The notes beneath the pieces were generated by a model. The model was given only the letters and a program-made list of their open reading frames with translations, was not told the origin of the DNA and did no database searches. A stretch of DNA of 63,844 nucleotides, filler included. It is 5 parts of 5 records of this genome, joined end to end, with 100 filler letters (N's around TTAATTAATTAA, not from the genome) between each part and the next. Parts side by side here need not be neighbours in the genome. Positions count along the whole stretch, not along the records: positions 9,141 to 17,072 come from DRR723986_17719; positions 17,173 to 42,994 come from DRR723986_17720; 3 more parts are not named here. One strand, given 5' to 3'. Of the stretch, positions 9,343 through 18,580 are shown piece after piece (within the stretch, counting starts at the first letter, position 1; each line of letters begins with the position of its first letter). The translations under genes were made by a program, and so were the position numbers.

Positions 9343-10551
9343 ATGGCTATGAGTACACGTAAAAGACTATTCCTCGCGCTGTCCATGGTGCTGTCTTCGG
9401 CTGCCCATGCAGATTTGCAGCCCATTTCTGATGCCGAGCTGTCCGAGGTGACAGGTCAGGCCTTTGTCTCCATAGACCGCCAGTACCATCCCGATCCCAA
9501 CGAAAATACCTCCTATACCCGTGTCAATCTCGGTATGGATATCGAAATCCAGACCAATGTTGATGTTCTCGAGATGGGGCGATATGAGCGAGCGGGTGAG
9601 AAGCAGGGTTCTTCCGATGTGCTGATCCGCGATTTTGCGCTCGGGTACATCAATAACCAGGCCTACTACAGCAAGAACCCTGATGCTCCGCGACAATATC
9701 GCCCCGATGGCTCAGCCTATGGCGAGAATGAGATTGTTCCGTTCATGATCGATAGCCCGTTCTTTGAGTTTGCCTTTGATGAGACCACCAATGAGGTGGT
9801 AGGTGTTCGTCTTGGCTTTGGCGAGTCCATGGGCATTCTTTCCGGCAAGATCGAAACGCTGACGGGCAACGTCAATGTCGACATCATCGATCGGGGTGAA
9901 GGGTTGCGGGAGGCTAACTCCACCGGCAATTTCTTCGATCAGTTGATTGTACTGCTCACCCCTTTGCTCGAATCGGGCAGTCCGCTCGCCACCAAGGCGC
10001 AGCTGGTCTATGGAGCGGAAGATGACCCGCGCATTGGCGAGCTTGATCCCATCCGTGCGGAGTATATCGGTATTCCGAACGGGGAAAAGTTCGTTCTCGA
10101 AGGTGCCGCCGGATTCACCCGCTGGTCTCTGAAGAACCTGATTGGCTGGGGATCCAGTTCGGAGATCGAGGTGCCGGATTGTTCCTTCTTCAGCTGTGGT
10201 GCTGGTGACATCTATGTCTATGCCCAGGATTGCATGGTGCTGGGTATAGACTCCTGCTTTGATCTGGATATTTACAACAGTTTCCCGATTGGCCAGGTTG
10301 AGGAGGTCAATGGTGAGCGGCGAATTACCGGTCCCGCCGATGGAGCCTTTATTTCGTTTCAGACCAAAGATCTGGATTGGCTGAAGGACGTCAAGAAAAC
10401 CGACATCACGGTAGAGGACTTTATTCGGGCGACGTCCGGCGCATTCTTCAATATCCCCAATGGCGCCACCGAGGTAAACCTGAATGAGGCGTTGTACGGC
10501 ACGGACCGTTATCGGACTGAGTACATAGACCGTGGTCGGGGGCTGTTCTGA
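9343..10551 (+). CDS. secreted DUF6160/FilA-like protein 1
   Basis: Signal peptide (AHA|) followed by DLQPISDAELSEVTGQA; beta-rich acidic body. Confidence 0.75.
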   Translation: MAMSTRKRLFLALSMVLSSAAHADLQPISDAELSEVTGQAFVSIDRQYHPDPNENTSYTRVNLGMDIEIQTNVDVLEMGRYERAGEKQGSSDVLIRDFALGYINNQAYYSKNPDAPRQYRPDGSAYGENEIVPFMIDSPFFEFAFDETTNEVVGVRLGFGESMGILSGKIETLTGNVNVDIIDRGEGLREANSTGNFFDQLIVLLTPLLESGSPLATKAQLVYGAEDDPRIGELDPIRAEYIGIPNGEKFVLEGAAGFTRWSLKNLIGWGSSSEIEVPDCSFFSCGAGDIYVYAQDCMVLGIDSCFDLDIYNSFPIGQVEEVNGERRITGPADGAFISFQTKDLDWLKDVKKTDITVEDFIRATSGAFFNIPNGATEVNLNEALYGTDRYRTEYIDRGRGLF

Positions 10552-11618
10552 TGGGCAAATTTGGGTCCTGCAACTTCCCCTGCACTGCAATGCTGTCGTT
10601 CGCACTCTTTTGGTCTTTGCCCCTCCAGGCAGAGATGGTGACTCTTAATGAGTCCGAGATGTCCGAGATTGATGGCGCCGGCATAGGCCTGGTTCTCGAT
10701 AACTTTACCTTCTCCCATGGAACCGACGCGCCGGATGCCAATGGCAACCAGGCCCGTATATTCCGAATCACGGGTATCAAAAGCACAGATGGTCAAGACG
10801 TCGATATTACGGTGAATCACTTGTATATCGCGGGCGCTGATTCCACCTATGGTCAGAATCTGACCCCGGTCAACCTTGGGCGTTTGCTGCATCCCTGGCG
10901 AATTGACGTGGTGGACGGCAACACGATCGGGGTCAGAGATAAATCGGTGTTGGAAATCGCCGCGCCCGCGATGCTCAGTGCGGCCGAGGGTTACGATTGT
11001 CTGGGTGGCTCAGCGGCTGCCGGAAGCGGTACCTGTTCAAGCCGCCCGGCAACTGAATCCTGGATTGGCGAGCGAGCGGATATGGGGATGCAGATGAATG
11101 TCGCCGTGGGTGACGATCGCTCTGCCAACCTGAATATACATGCGAAAAGTGCCGTGATTGACGGGAGTTATCTGCGCCTCTGGGGCGATGACGCTCGCCA
11201 GCAAATGGCCGGCCAGTTCAAGCTGAACTTCTACTCTCCGGAGTTAACCATCAACGCATGCACCCAGGATGGCAGCGAGTGTGGCTCCCGCATCACCATG
11301 TCCGATTTTGTCCTTCAACTGGCGATCGGTAACGAGCTCCAGCCAGTGTTTTTTGATGTCGACGGTACGGGCAATTTCGTGCTGGAGGTAGACGCTATTG
11401 CTGCGCCGGCACCCGGGCAGATTGCCGCAAACGGGCTTCGGGAAGGCAGCGATACCGCAACCTGGGACTTCTATGAAGCCTATTACACCAATCCGGAATA
11501 CCGGAGCAATCTCCGGATTGGCAACTTTGGTGTCGGTGACCGGGATTTTGGCTCCGCCCGCATCGAAGGAATGCTCATTCAGCACCTGGAAATCAGAACC
11601 AAGGACTTGGCGCCATGA
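10551..11618 (+). CDS. secreted DUF6160/FilA-like protein 2
   Basis: Signal peptide (LQA|) followed by EMVTLNESEMSEIDGAG; TGATG coupling (alternative start 10590). Confidence 0.72.
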   Translation: MGKFGSCNFPCTAMLSFALFWSLPLQAEMVTLNESEMSEIDGAGIGLVLDNFTFSHGTDAPDANGNQARIFRITGIKSTDGQDVDITVNHLYIAGADSTYGQNLTPVNLGRLLHPWRIDVVDGNTIGVRDKSVLEIAAPAMLSAAEGYDCLGGSAAAGSGTCSSRPATESWIGERADMGMQMNVAVGDDRSANLNIHAKSAVIDGSYLRLWGDDARQQMAGQFKLNFYSPELTINACTQDGSECGSRITMSDFVLQLAIGNELQPVFFDVDGTGNFVLEVDAIAAPAPGQIAANGLREGSDTATWDFYEAYYTNPEYRSNLRIGNFGVGDRDFGSARIEGMLIQHLEIRTKDLAP

Positions 11619-12172
11619 TCCGTCTGACTTGTTGTTCAGCTACCCGGTTTTGCCTGCTCTTTATGGCCCTGCTTCCCGCCTTGGCGTATTCCGAGATGTC
11701 GCCGCTCGGGGACGACGCCCTGGCTGATGTCTCCGGCCAGGGGGGGATCTATCTGTCTGGCGACATCAGCATCAACGAAATGGGAGGTCCGGTTCAGAAC
11801 AATTACTTTGGCCGGTGTGATGAGGCAGATAAGAAATGCGGTGCTCGCTTTGCCTATCGGCTGAAGCAGGATGGCGGATGGATGGTACTGGATGAAATTC
11901 GGGGGATGTTCGCCTTTGAGGGTCTGACCCTGAGGGTGCGTTCGGTCGATTCCGGCTTTGGTGGGGATGGTGCACTCTTTGACCGTGATGTGATTGAGCT
12001 GGGCTTGCCAAATGTTGTCCGGTTTTCTGACGTACAGTTCAAAATCGCTTCCAGCAGCACGCCACGACCAACAGACCCCGGCTTTCAGCAAACCGACATC
12101 TTTGCGGTGGAAATGCAGGGGGACGTGATCATGCAGGGTAACCTTCTGGTTTTTCCGGACGGAACCCCTTAG
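11615..12172 (+). CDS. secreted DUF6160/FilA-like protein 3
   Basis: Signal peptide followed by EMSPLGDDALADVSGQGG; ATGA overlap. Confidence 0.75.
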   Translation: MIRLTCCSATRFCLLFMALLPALAYSEMSPLGDDALADVSGQGGIYLSGDISINEMGGPVQNNYFGRCDEADKKCGARFAYRLKQDGGWMVLDEIRGMFAFEGLTLRVRSVDSGFGGDGALFDRDVIELGLPNVVRFSDVQFKIASSSTPRPTDPGFQQTDIFAVEMQGDVIMQGNLLVFPDGTP

Positions 12173-12184
12173 CCAGGAGGCATC

Positions 12185-14578
12185 ATGACTCGTAATCTTT
12201 CCGGAATCCTGCCACTGAGTGCGGTCGCCCTGAGCCTCGGCGGCTATTCGATGATAACCGCTGCAGACCTCCAGAGCCTTGATGACAGGGCGCTGTCTGA
12301 GATTCGAGGCCAGAGCGGGATCACCATCGAAACTGACCTGACCATGACCGCCGACAAGCTTTCCTATTACGACGATGGCAAGGGCGTCCATCTGGAAGGT
12401 ATGCGGGTGGGTTCCTCCGAGGTGCCCGGGCAGGGTGCATTTCACCGAACCAGGATCGACATTGGCAGCGATGCCGCGTTGAATCTTGAATACTTGGTGG
12501 AAGATCGGCGGGTAGAATTCTCGGACATTAGGCTGGCCGGCGCGCCGGGTGTCAGCATGGGGGGTATTTTCTTTGATCATAGCCTTCAAGGCACCTTGAC
12601 CCTGCGCCAACAGACCGCTGGTGGAAACGGCTATGAATTTGATTCCGCGTACACCATGACGGGAGGCCGCCTGGGCTACAGAACCAACGGCAATTCGGTG
12701 TTTCTGGACGATATCACGATGTCCGTTGAAGCCTTGGATGTGACGTTGGAGCGGGTGGGTCAAACTCTGGAACTGACGGCTCCCAGAGTGACTGGTAGCT
12801 GGCAGGTCGGTGCTATTCGCTATTCCAGCGATCCTGCGATATATGGCCGTAGTACCGATGGAAACGGCGACCTGTTGCCCAGTTATGGCGGCCTCTCGGG
12901 CCAGTACGAACTATCCTCAACCACCGATATATCGGCAGGAGGTCGGGCAGGGGAAGGTTTGAGGTTTGATAACGAGACAACCATTCATAGCGCGTCTTTC
13001 CTCTATCACGATGATGGCCATTCACTCGCCTTGAGAGACATCACTGGCGCCTACCGTATTCAGGATCTGCGTCTGGATGTGGATCAGGACTGGCGGGGCC
13101 GTCCGGCAGTCGCTTTAACACTTGGTCGAATGGAAGGCGAGTTTGAGGTCGGAGCCATTGAGGTTGGTAGTGCCGGTAAAAGCTTTGGCGCCTTCAACCT
13201 GAGCTTTCTATTGGAAGACCAGGTATTTGGTGGTCGCAACTACACCAATGCGCTCTACCTGCAGGGCGGAGGGCATGCCGATGCCGGTGCCCAGGGCCTG
13301 AGACTGGCTGCTCAGTGGAGCCTCAGGCTTTCTGATCTGAGCTATACCGAGGACGGCAACCGAGTAATTATCAGTGGGCTTCAGTCCTGGGGGCAGGGCG
13401 ATATCACCGTAAATGTCACCCGTGACGGTGTCCAGGGTGGAACCCGATTCTATGACGGTTTGCGTATTGGTTTCGAGGGGCTTGAGGCCGGTTACCGAAT
13501 TAATGGTATGCGCGTTGGCAGTGATGACGCGCCATTGCAAGGTGGCACAGAGTTGTTGTTGGCGCTCGGCATCTATCCCGCCTACGACTTTACGCTGGAC
13601 GGCCATATGACGCTCGGAGCCGGTGGCGCTTCCGGTGAGGGCCTGACGATTAATTCGGATATTCACATTCGTGACGGTCGTGCTGCAGTGATTGCTGCTC
13701 CCTATGACGAAGGTAACGGTGAGCAGCCCCAGAAAGGTCTCTGGCTGACCGATATGACCTATGATGGTCATGTTCGTAACATGACTCTGGATGTCACCGA
13801 TGAAGGATTGGCGCTGGCAACGGAAGAGTCCTGGAGCACCATGGATATCGGCAATGTCCGGATCGGTAATGGTGTCGATGGAGAGAGCCTTGGGCGTTTG
13901 AAGATTCAGCGTTTTGAACAAGGGAGCACCACGTTGATCAAGCCTGGCGGCGCCGGCAACGTCTGTGTGGGTGGCGCTGGTGCTTCGGCCTCGGCCTGCT
14001 CGGCATCGGGCGGTGAGTGGGAAATGCGGGGCGACGAAGGTGTCACGATCGAGATGAAGAACATCCTCGCCCGTGCTCAGAGCAGCGAGAAGCGGAATTC
14101 ACTGTTGTGGGAAACCAATCGGACCGTCGATGGCCAGGGGCAGGCCGTGAATGGTTCCGGAACCCGCCTGGTTCTGGACAACATATACACGAGTGACGGT
14201 GGTGATTTCGATGGTGATGGCGTCGACGACAACACCTACGGTATTCAAACCGATCTATCCGTTGACGTTTACCAGACCCGAGTCGTGAAGAAAGAAAATG
14301 GAGCGGACTCGCTGGGGGTGAATGGCGCCCGTGGTGACGAAAAGATTATGGATGCCTCGGCCCCTCAGGGTTATCGGTATGTGTCCTCTCCTTCGGAGGC
14401 TGATCGTCTGAACCGTCCACTGGGATTCGCGGTCAAGGCGGAAACCCGTTTCAAGGAATTGACCATAAATAATATCGATCTTGTCCATCCTGTGGGTGGC
14501 GCCCAGACCGCCGTGTTCGGCGCCGTGCTCCAGAATGTGAATATTCGCGCAAACCTGACCGCGACACCTATCCCCTGA
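12185..14578 (+). CDS. large secreted DUF6160-like protein with internal repeats
   Basis: AGGAGG RBS; signal peptide followed by DLQSLDDRALSEIRGQSGITI; repeated beta modules. Confidence 0.8.
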   Translation: MTRNLSGILPLSAVALSLGGYSMITAADLQSLDDRALSEIRGQSGITIETDLTMTADKLSYYDDGKGVHLEGMRVGSSEVPGQGAFHRTRIDIGSDAALNLEYLVEDRRVEFSDIRLAGAPGVSMGGIFFDHSLQGTLTLRQQTAGGNGYEFDSAYTMTGGRLGYRTNGNSVFLDDITMSVEALDVTLERVGQTLELTAPRVTGSWQVGAIRYSSDPAIYGRSTDGNGDLLPSYGGLSGQYELSSTTDISAGGRAGEGLRFDNETTIHSASFLYHDDGHSLALRDITGAYRIQDLRLDVDQDWRGRPAVALTLGRMEGEFEVGAIEVGSAGKSFGAFNLSFLLEDQVFGGRNYTNALYLQGGGHADAGAQGLRLAAQWSLRLSDLSYTEDGNRVIISGLQSWGQGDITVNVTRDGVQGGTRFYDGLRIGFEGLEAGYRINGMRVGSDDAPLQGGTELLLALGIYPAYDFTLDGHMTLGAGGASGEGLTINSDIHIRDGRAAVIAAPYDEGNGEQPQKGLWLTDMTYDGHVRNMTLDVTDEGLALATEESWSTMDIGNVRIGNGVDGESLGRLKIQRFEQGSTTLIKPGGAGNVCVGGAGASASACSASGGEWEMRGDEGVTIEMKNILARAQSSEKRNSLLWETNRTVDGQGQAVNGSGTRLVLDNIYTSDGGDFDGDGVDDNTYGIQTDLSVDVYQTRVVKKENGADSLGVNGARGDEKIMDASAPQGYRYVSSPSEADRLNRPLGFAVKAETRFKELTINNIDLVHPVGGAQTAVFGAVLQNVNIRANLTATPIP

Positions 14579-14682
14579 CGTCGCGACCGGTAAAGGGGTA
14601 AGGCCAGTGCTGCCCCTTTGCTTTTCAATCCCCTCCTGTTGTTTAATCCGGGCTTGTTCATTCCCCGTCTGGAAGCTCATTG

Positions 14683-15642
14683 ATGAAATCCAATGCATTG
14701 CTGTCCCTGCTCAGTGATCGTGAAATCCATTCCGGTGAGTCGCTGGCCCAGAAGCTGGGCGTTTCCCGGACGGCGGTGTGGAAGCATATCCGCAAGGCTA
14801 TCGCCGACGGAACTGACATACGGACCATTCGCGGGCAGGGTTACCAGCTGGTGTCCGCACTGGACCTGCTCGACCGTGACATCATTCTTGGTCAGCTCGA
14901 TCCTTCGGTTCGAGAGCGGATACAGCTCACTGTTCTGGATGAAGTGGATTCCACCAACGCCGAGGTTGCGCGCCTACTGACGTCGGCGCCACTCCCGGTG
15001 GTGTTATCTGACTGCCAGACGTCCGGCCGTGGTCGAAGAGGTCGGAACTGGGCCAGCCCCAAGGGCCAGAACCTCTACCTGAGCCTTGGGTTGTCGATAA
15101 AAGGTGGGTTCTCGGCCCTGGATGGCCTCAGTCTGGCCCTGGGCGTTGCCGTCGCCAATGCAATTGAGCAGGTAGGGGGCGGTGAGGTGGGGCTCAAGTG
15201 GCCCAATGACCTGTTTGCCCAGGGCCAGAAATTTGGTGGGATCCTGGTAGAAATCCAGGGCGAACTCCAGGAAGGGTGTGTTCAGGTGATCGCAGGAATC
15301 GGTATCAACGTGCATATGACTCAAGCTGAAGATGTTGATCAGCCCTGGACGAGCCTGGACAAGCGTTGGCCAGACCAGGCCTGGGTTCGCAACCAACTCG
15401 CTGCCGGGATGATTACTCACATTCTGGCAGCAGTGACAGAATTTGAGGCTGGCGGCTTCCGGCAATTCCGGGAGCGCTGGCAGCGCCGTGATATCTTTAA
15501 CGGCCTGCCCCTCGTCACCCGTGACGGTGAATTAAAGGGCGTGGGAGGCGGTATCGACGAAACCGGGAACTACCTCCTGAAAACAGCAGAGGGCGAAATA
15601 CCGGTGCGGGCGGGCGATATCAGTTTGCGGGTGTCTGAATGA
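14683..15642 (+). CDS. birA: bifunctional biotin-protein ligase / repressor
   Basis: HTH HSGESLAQKLGVSRTAVWK; motifs DSTN, QTSGRGRRGR and KWPND. Confidence 0.96.
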   Translation: MKSNALLSLLSDREIHSGESLAQKLGVSRTAVWKHIRKAIADGTDIRTIRGQGYQLVSALDLLDRDIILGQLDPSVRERIQLTVLDEVDSTNAEVARLLTSAPLPVVLSDCQTSGRGRRGRNWASPKGQNLYLSLGLSIKGGFSALDGLSLALGVAVANAIEQVGGGEVGLKWPNDLFAQGQKFGGILVEIQGELQEGCVQVIAGIGINVHMTQAEDVDQPWTSLDKRWPDQAWVRNQLAAGMITHILAAVTEFEAGGFRQFRERWQRRDIFNGLPLVTRDGELKGVGGGIDETGNYLLKTAEGEIPVRAGDISLRVSE

Positions 15643-16367
15643 TTTTGTTGATTGACGCTGGTAATACCCGCCTGAAATGGCGACTGACTGGAACAGGCGG
15701 CCCTCTTGAAGGGGCAGCGGTCATGGCAGATGCTGAGCCCCTGATCGGACTTTCAGGCTACTGGTCTGACATTGACAGAATTCTGGTGTCGACGGTGGCC
15801 TCGGAAAGCGCCCGCGCGCAACTTCATGAACTGTTGCTTGCCCGGGCCAAGGTGCCTGTTGAATATTGCTGGGCTGAGTCGACGCGCGATGGCCTGTCCA
15901 ATTCCTATGGGGATGTGTCGCGCATGGGGGCTGATCGATGGCATGCCATGCTGGCTGGTTGGGTCAGGTGTAAGGCTTCTTTCGCCGTTGTCGATGCCGG
16001 TAGCGCCGTCACCGTGGACTATGTGAATGCGGGCGGGCGACACCTCGGTGGCTACATTCTTCCTGGGCTCCAGATGATGCGCCGTAGTCTGAAAGTGGAT
16101 GCGGCACGAATTGGATTTGAGCAGAGTGAGCAACTCGACTCCCGCCCGGGACAATCGACCGGCGAATGCGTCAACCACGGTCTGGCCTGGCTCACTGAGG
16201 CCCTTGTCCAGAGGATTCATCACGATGCAAAAGCCTTTGGACTCTCTGCGATCTACCTGACCGGTGGCGATGCCCGGCGTTTGCAGGCCCTTGGTCTTGA
16301 GGCAAACGTAATTGAGGGTATGGTGCTTGACGGTCTTGAGCGAATCGCCAGCGCGGGCGTTCTGTGA
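15639..16367 (+). CDS. coaX: type III pantothenate kinase
   Basis: Motifs LLIDAGNTRLKW, MGADRW, VDAGSAVTVD and GGYILPG; follows birA. Confidence 0.95.
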   Translation: MILLIDAGNTRLKWRLTGTGGPLEGAAVMADAEPLIGLSGYWSDIDRILVSTVASESARAQLHELLLARAKVPVEYCWAESTRDGLSNSYGDVSRMGADRWHAMLAGWVRCKASFAVVDAGSAVTVDYVNAGGRHLGGYILPGLQMMRRSLKVDAARIGFEQSEQLDSRPGQSTGECVNHGLAWLTEALVQRIHHDAKAFGLSAIYLTGGDARRLQALGLEANVIEGMVLDGLERIASAGVL

Positions 16368-17011
16368 TGAAGTGGCTGGCGTTTCTGTTGGCAGCTCTCA
16401 ATCTGGCCGTTTGGTTTGTGCCGGCCTGGATCGAGCCATCCCGTTATGTCGGCGTTTCATCTGGAACCCTGCCACGTGTCTCCAGTCTGAAAGTGGCTTC
16501 CGAGACCATGGAGAGCCTCTCCCGGGAAGAGAGTTGTCTACGGATAACGCTCGGAATGTTTGATGCGAGGGATGACGCCGAGAATGTGGCGGCCGGTCTC
16601 AAGCATAAAGTCGGCATTGTTGAGGTTGAGAAGGACTTACCGCCCCTGCATTGGGTATTGATTCCTCCGCAGCCGCCGGAAGCAGCGCGAGCCCAGTTCC
16701 GTGAGCTCTATCTTCAGGGCGTGGAATCGTACATTGTTTCCCGTGGAGAGTACCGTAACGCCATTTCCCTGGGGCTGTTCGAATCCCTTGAGGCTGCGCA
16801 ATCGGTAATGGCAGAAAAAAAACAGGCAAATCTGAATGTAGTGCTGGCCAAGTTCCCTCGAAATCGTTTAGGATACGCGCTCGTTTTTGAGGTTGAATCC
16901 ATGGCAGAAAGTGAATGGGTTCAAGCGGTTGAAGCGGAAACCGGTTACGAGTTCGATTTCGTTGAAAGCAATGCTTGTGAAGGTGTTGCAAGGCCGGAAA
17001 AAAATCCGTAG
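16367..17011 (+). CDS. membrane-anchored SPOR-domain-like protein
   Basis: N-terminal TM (MKWLAFLL...NL) and NAISLGLF motif; typical birA-coaX-SPOR-tRNA order. Confidence 0.75.
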   Translation: MKWLAFLLAALNLAVWFVPAWIEPSRYVGVSSGTLPRVSSLKVASETMESLSREESCLRITLGMFDARDDAENVAAGLKHKVGIVEVEKDLPPLHWVLIPPQPPEAARAQFRELYLQGVESYIVSRGEYRNAISLGLFESLEAAQSVMAEKKQANLNVVLAKFPRNRLGYALVFEVESMAESEWVQAVEAETGYEFDFVESNACEGVARPEKNP

Positions 17012-17014
17012 TAT
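16986..17014 (+). promoter_or_regulatory. sigma70 promoter of the tRNA operon
   Basis: TTGCAA-17 nt-TAGTAT followed by a GC-rich discriminator (ACCGCCC). Confidence 0.75.
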
Positions 17015-17042
17015 ACCGCCCTCGCTGAACAGGCGAATGTGA

Positions 17043-17072
17043 GCTGGCGTAGCTCAGTTGGTAGAGCAGCTG
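17043..17072 (+). tRNA. 5' fragment of a tRNA, probably tRNA-Thr (anticodon not visible)
   Basis: GCTGGCGTAGCTCAGTTGGTAGAGCAGCTG gives the acceptor stem and D-arm; identity inferred from sequence and birA/coaX context. Confidence 0.8.
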
Positions 17073-17172
17073 NNNNNNNNNNNNNNNNNNNNNNNNNNNN
17101 NNNNNNNNNNNNNNNNTTAATTAATTAANNNNNNNNNNNNNNNNNNNNNNNNNNNNNNNNNNNNNNNNNNNN
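17073..17172. other. artificial contig spacer
   Basis: N-run, TTAATTAATTAA, N-run. Confidence 0.99.
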
Positions 17173-17219
17173 GCATCACCGTCGTCGTCAGTCACCGTTA
17201 GCGTAGACGGAATGACGCA

Positions 17220-18512
17220 CTAGCTGAGAATGCCGCGGACCAGTTGTGCTTGCTCGGGGACACGGAGCATGGACTGGCCGTCGGGCGTTGCTACTCGATG
17301 AAAAGGATCTATTCCGAGGAGGTGAAAGAGAGTAGCGACTAAGTCGGACGGGGTTACTGGGGATTCGCCCGCGTTTTCGCCCACTCTATCGCTTGTGCCA
17401 TGTATGCAGCCACGTTTGATTCCGGCACCCGCCAGGAGAACGCTATAAGCTCGGGGCCAGTGATCGCGTCCGCCGAGAGTGTTGATCTTGGGCGTTCGGC
17501 CAAATTCGCCCATGACGATCACTAAAGTCTCATCGATCAAGCCCGTGGAGTTCAGGTCCTCCAGCAGTGCAGAGACTGCCTTGTCCATTGCTGGCACCAA
17601 GCCGATCGGTCGCTTTGATCCGGTGTAACCATCGTAAAGGCGTGTCTTGAGACTATTGTGCGTGTCCCAGCCCTTATTGTTGACAGTCACAATTGGCACA
17701 TCCGCCTCTAGTAACCGGCGGGCAAGCAGGCAATTCTGTCCAATTGCCTTATCGCCGTATCGCTGGCGCGTGCTGGCCGATTCGCGACTTAGGTCGAATG
17801 CCGCCTGCGATTTCGAATCCGTTAGCAACGAAATCGCACTGCGCAAGTTAGTGTTCTGGTCACCAGCCGATTCGAGCAACGCTCTGCGTCGAGCTAGCCG
17901 GTTTCGGTCGAGGCTAGCATCGTCGCCGAACAGTTCATTTTGATACTGCTTACTAGATGGCTCCGTCCCAAGTGACCACGGCAAGAACTCCTTGTCCATG
18001 AACCCCAACAGTTTTGCACCGCCGCCGAGCTGGAAGTTTGGAACAGCAATGTGAACCGGCAACTTGCTGCTCGCTTGGTCAGCAAACTCAGTCGCAGGCA
18101 ATAGAAAAGCAGGGGCTTGAGCTCGACCGCCGGGTATATGCCCCGAAAGAGCGTAGTTGGTTGCCAGGTTATGCTCGCCAACGGGACTCGTCATTGAGCG
18201 AATAACGGTTGTCTGGTCGGCCATTTGGGCAAGCTTCGTTAGGCCCTCGCTGTAGCGAACACCTGGAAGAGTCGTTGCGACGGTGCCGAGCGGACCTCGC
18301 ACTTCTGTTGGTGCTTGTGGCTTTGGATCGAATGTTTCCAGGTGGCTTGGCCCCCCGTCCAGCCAGACCAACAGACACCGCTTGGCGGCTCCAAAGCCAC
18401 TGCCGCTGCCTGAGCCATCCGGTGAAGCGGCCCGTCCACGAGTAGCCAGCAGTCCCGCAAGTCCACCCACGATTAAGCTATCTCTGCGGTTGAGCATTGT
18501 GTGCTTGTACAT
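17220..18512 (-). CDS. DUF1501 domain protein (Tat signal)
   Basis: RRD Tat motif; WLDGGPSHLETFDPKP, GWDTH and GEFGRTPKIN...GRDHWP. Confidence 0.92.
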   Translation of the reverse strand: MYKHTMLNRRDSLIVGGLAGLLATRGRAASPDGSGSGSGFGAAKRCLLVWLDGGPSHLETFDPKPQAPTEVRGPLGTVATTLPGVRYSEGLTKLAQMADQTTVIRSMTSPVGEHNLATNYALSGHIPGGRAQAPAFLLPATEFADQASSKLPVHIAVPNFQLGGGAKLLGFMDKEFLPWSLGTEPSSKQYQNELFGDDASLDRNRLARRRALLESAGDQNTNLRSAISLLTDSKSQAAFDLSRESASTRQRYGDKAIGQNCLLARRLLEADVPIVTVNNKGWDTHNSLKTRLYDGYTGSKRPIGLVPAMDKAVSALLEDLNSTGLIDETLVIVMGEFGRTPKINTLGGRDHWPRAYSVLLAGAGIKRGCIHGTSDRVGENAGESPVTPSDLVATLFHLLGIDPFHRVATPDGQSMLRVPEQAQLVRGILS

Positions 18513-18580
18513 TCTCAATGACTACTCGTAGACAAGAGGTAAATATCGTCCCGACACAATCAGGTAATACGGCAACTTGC

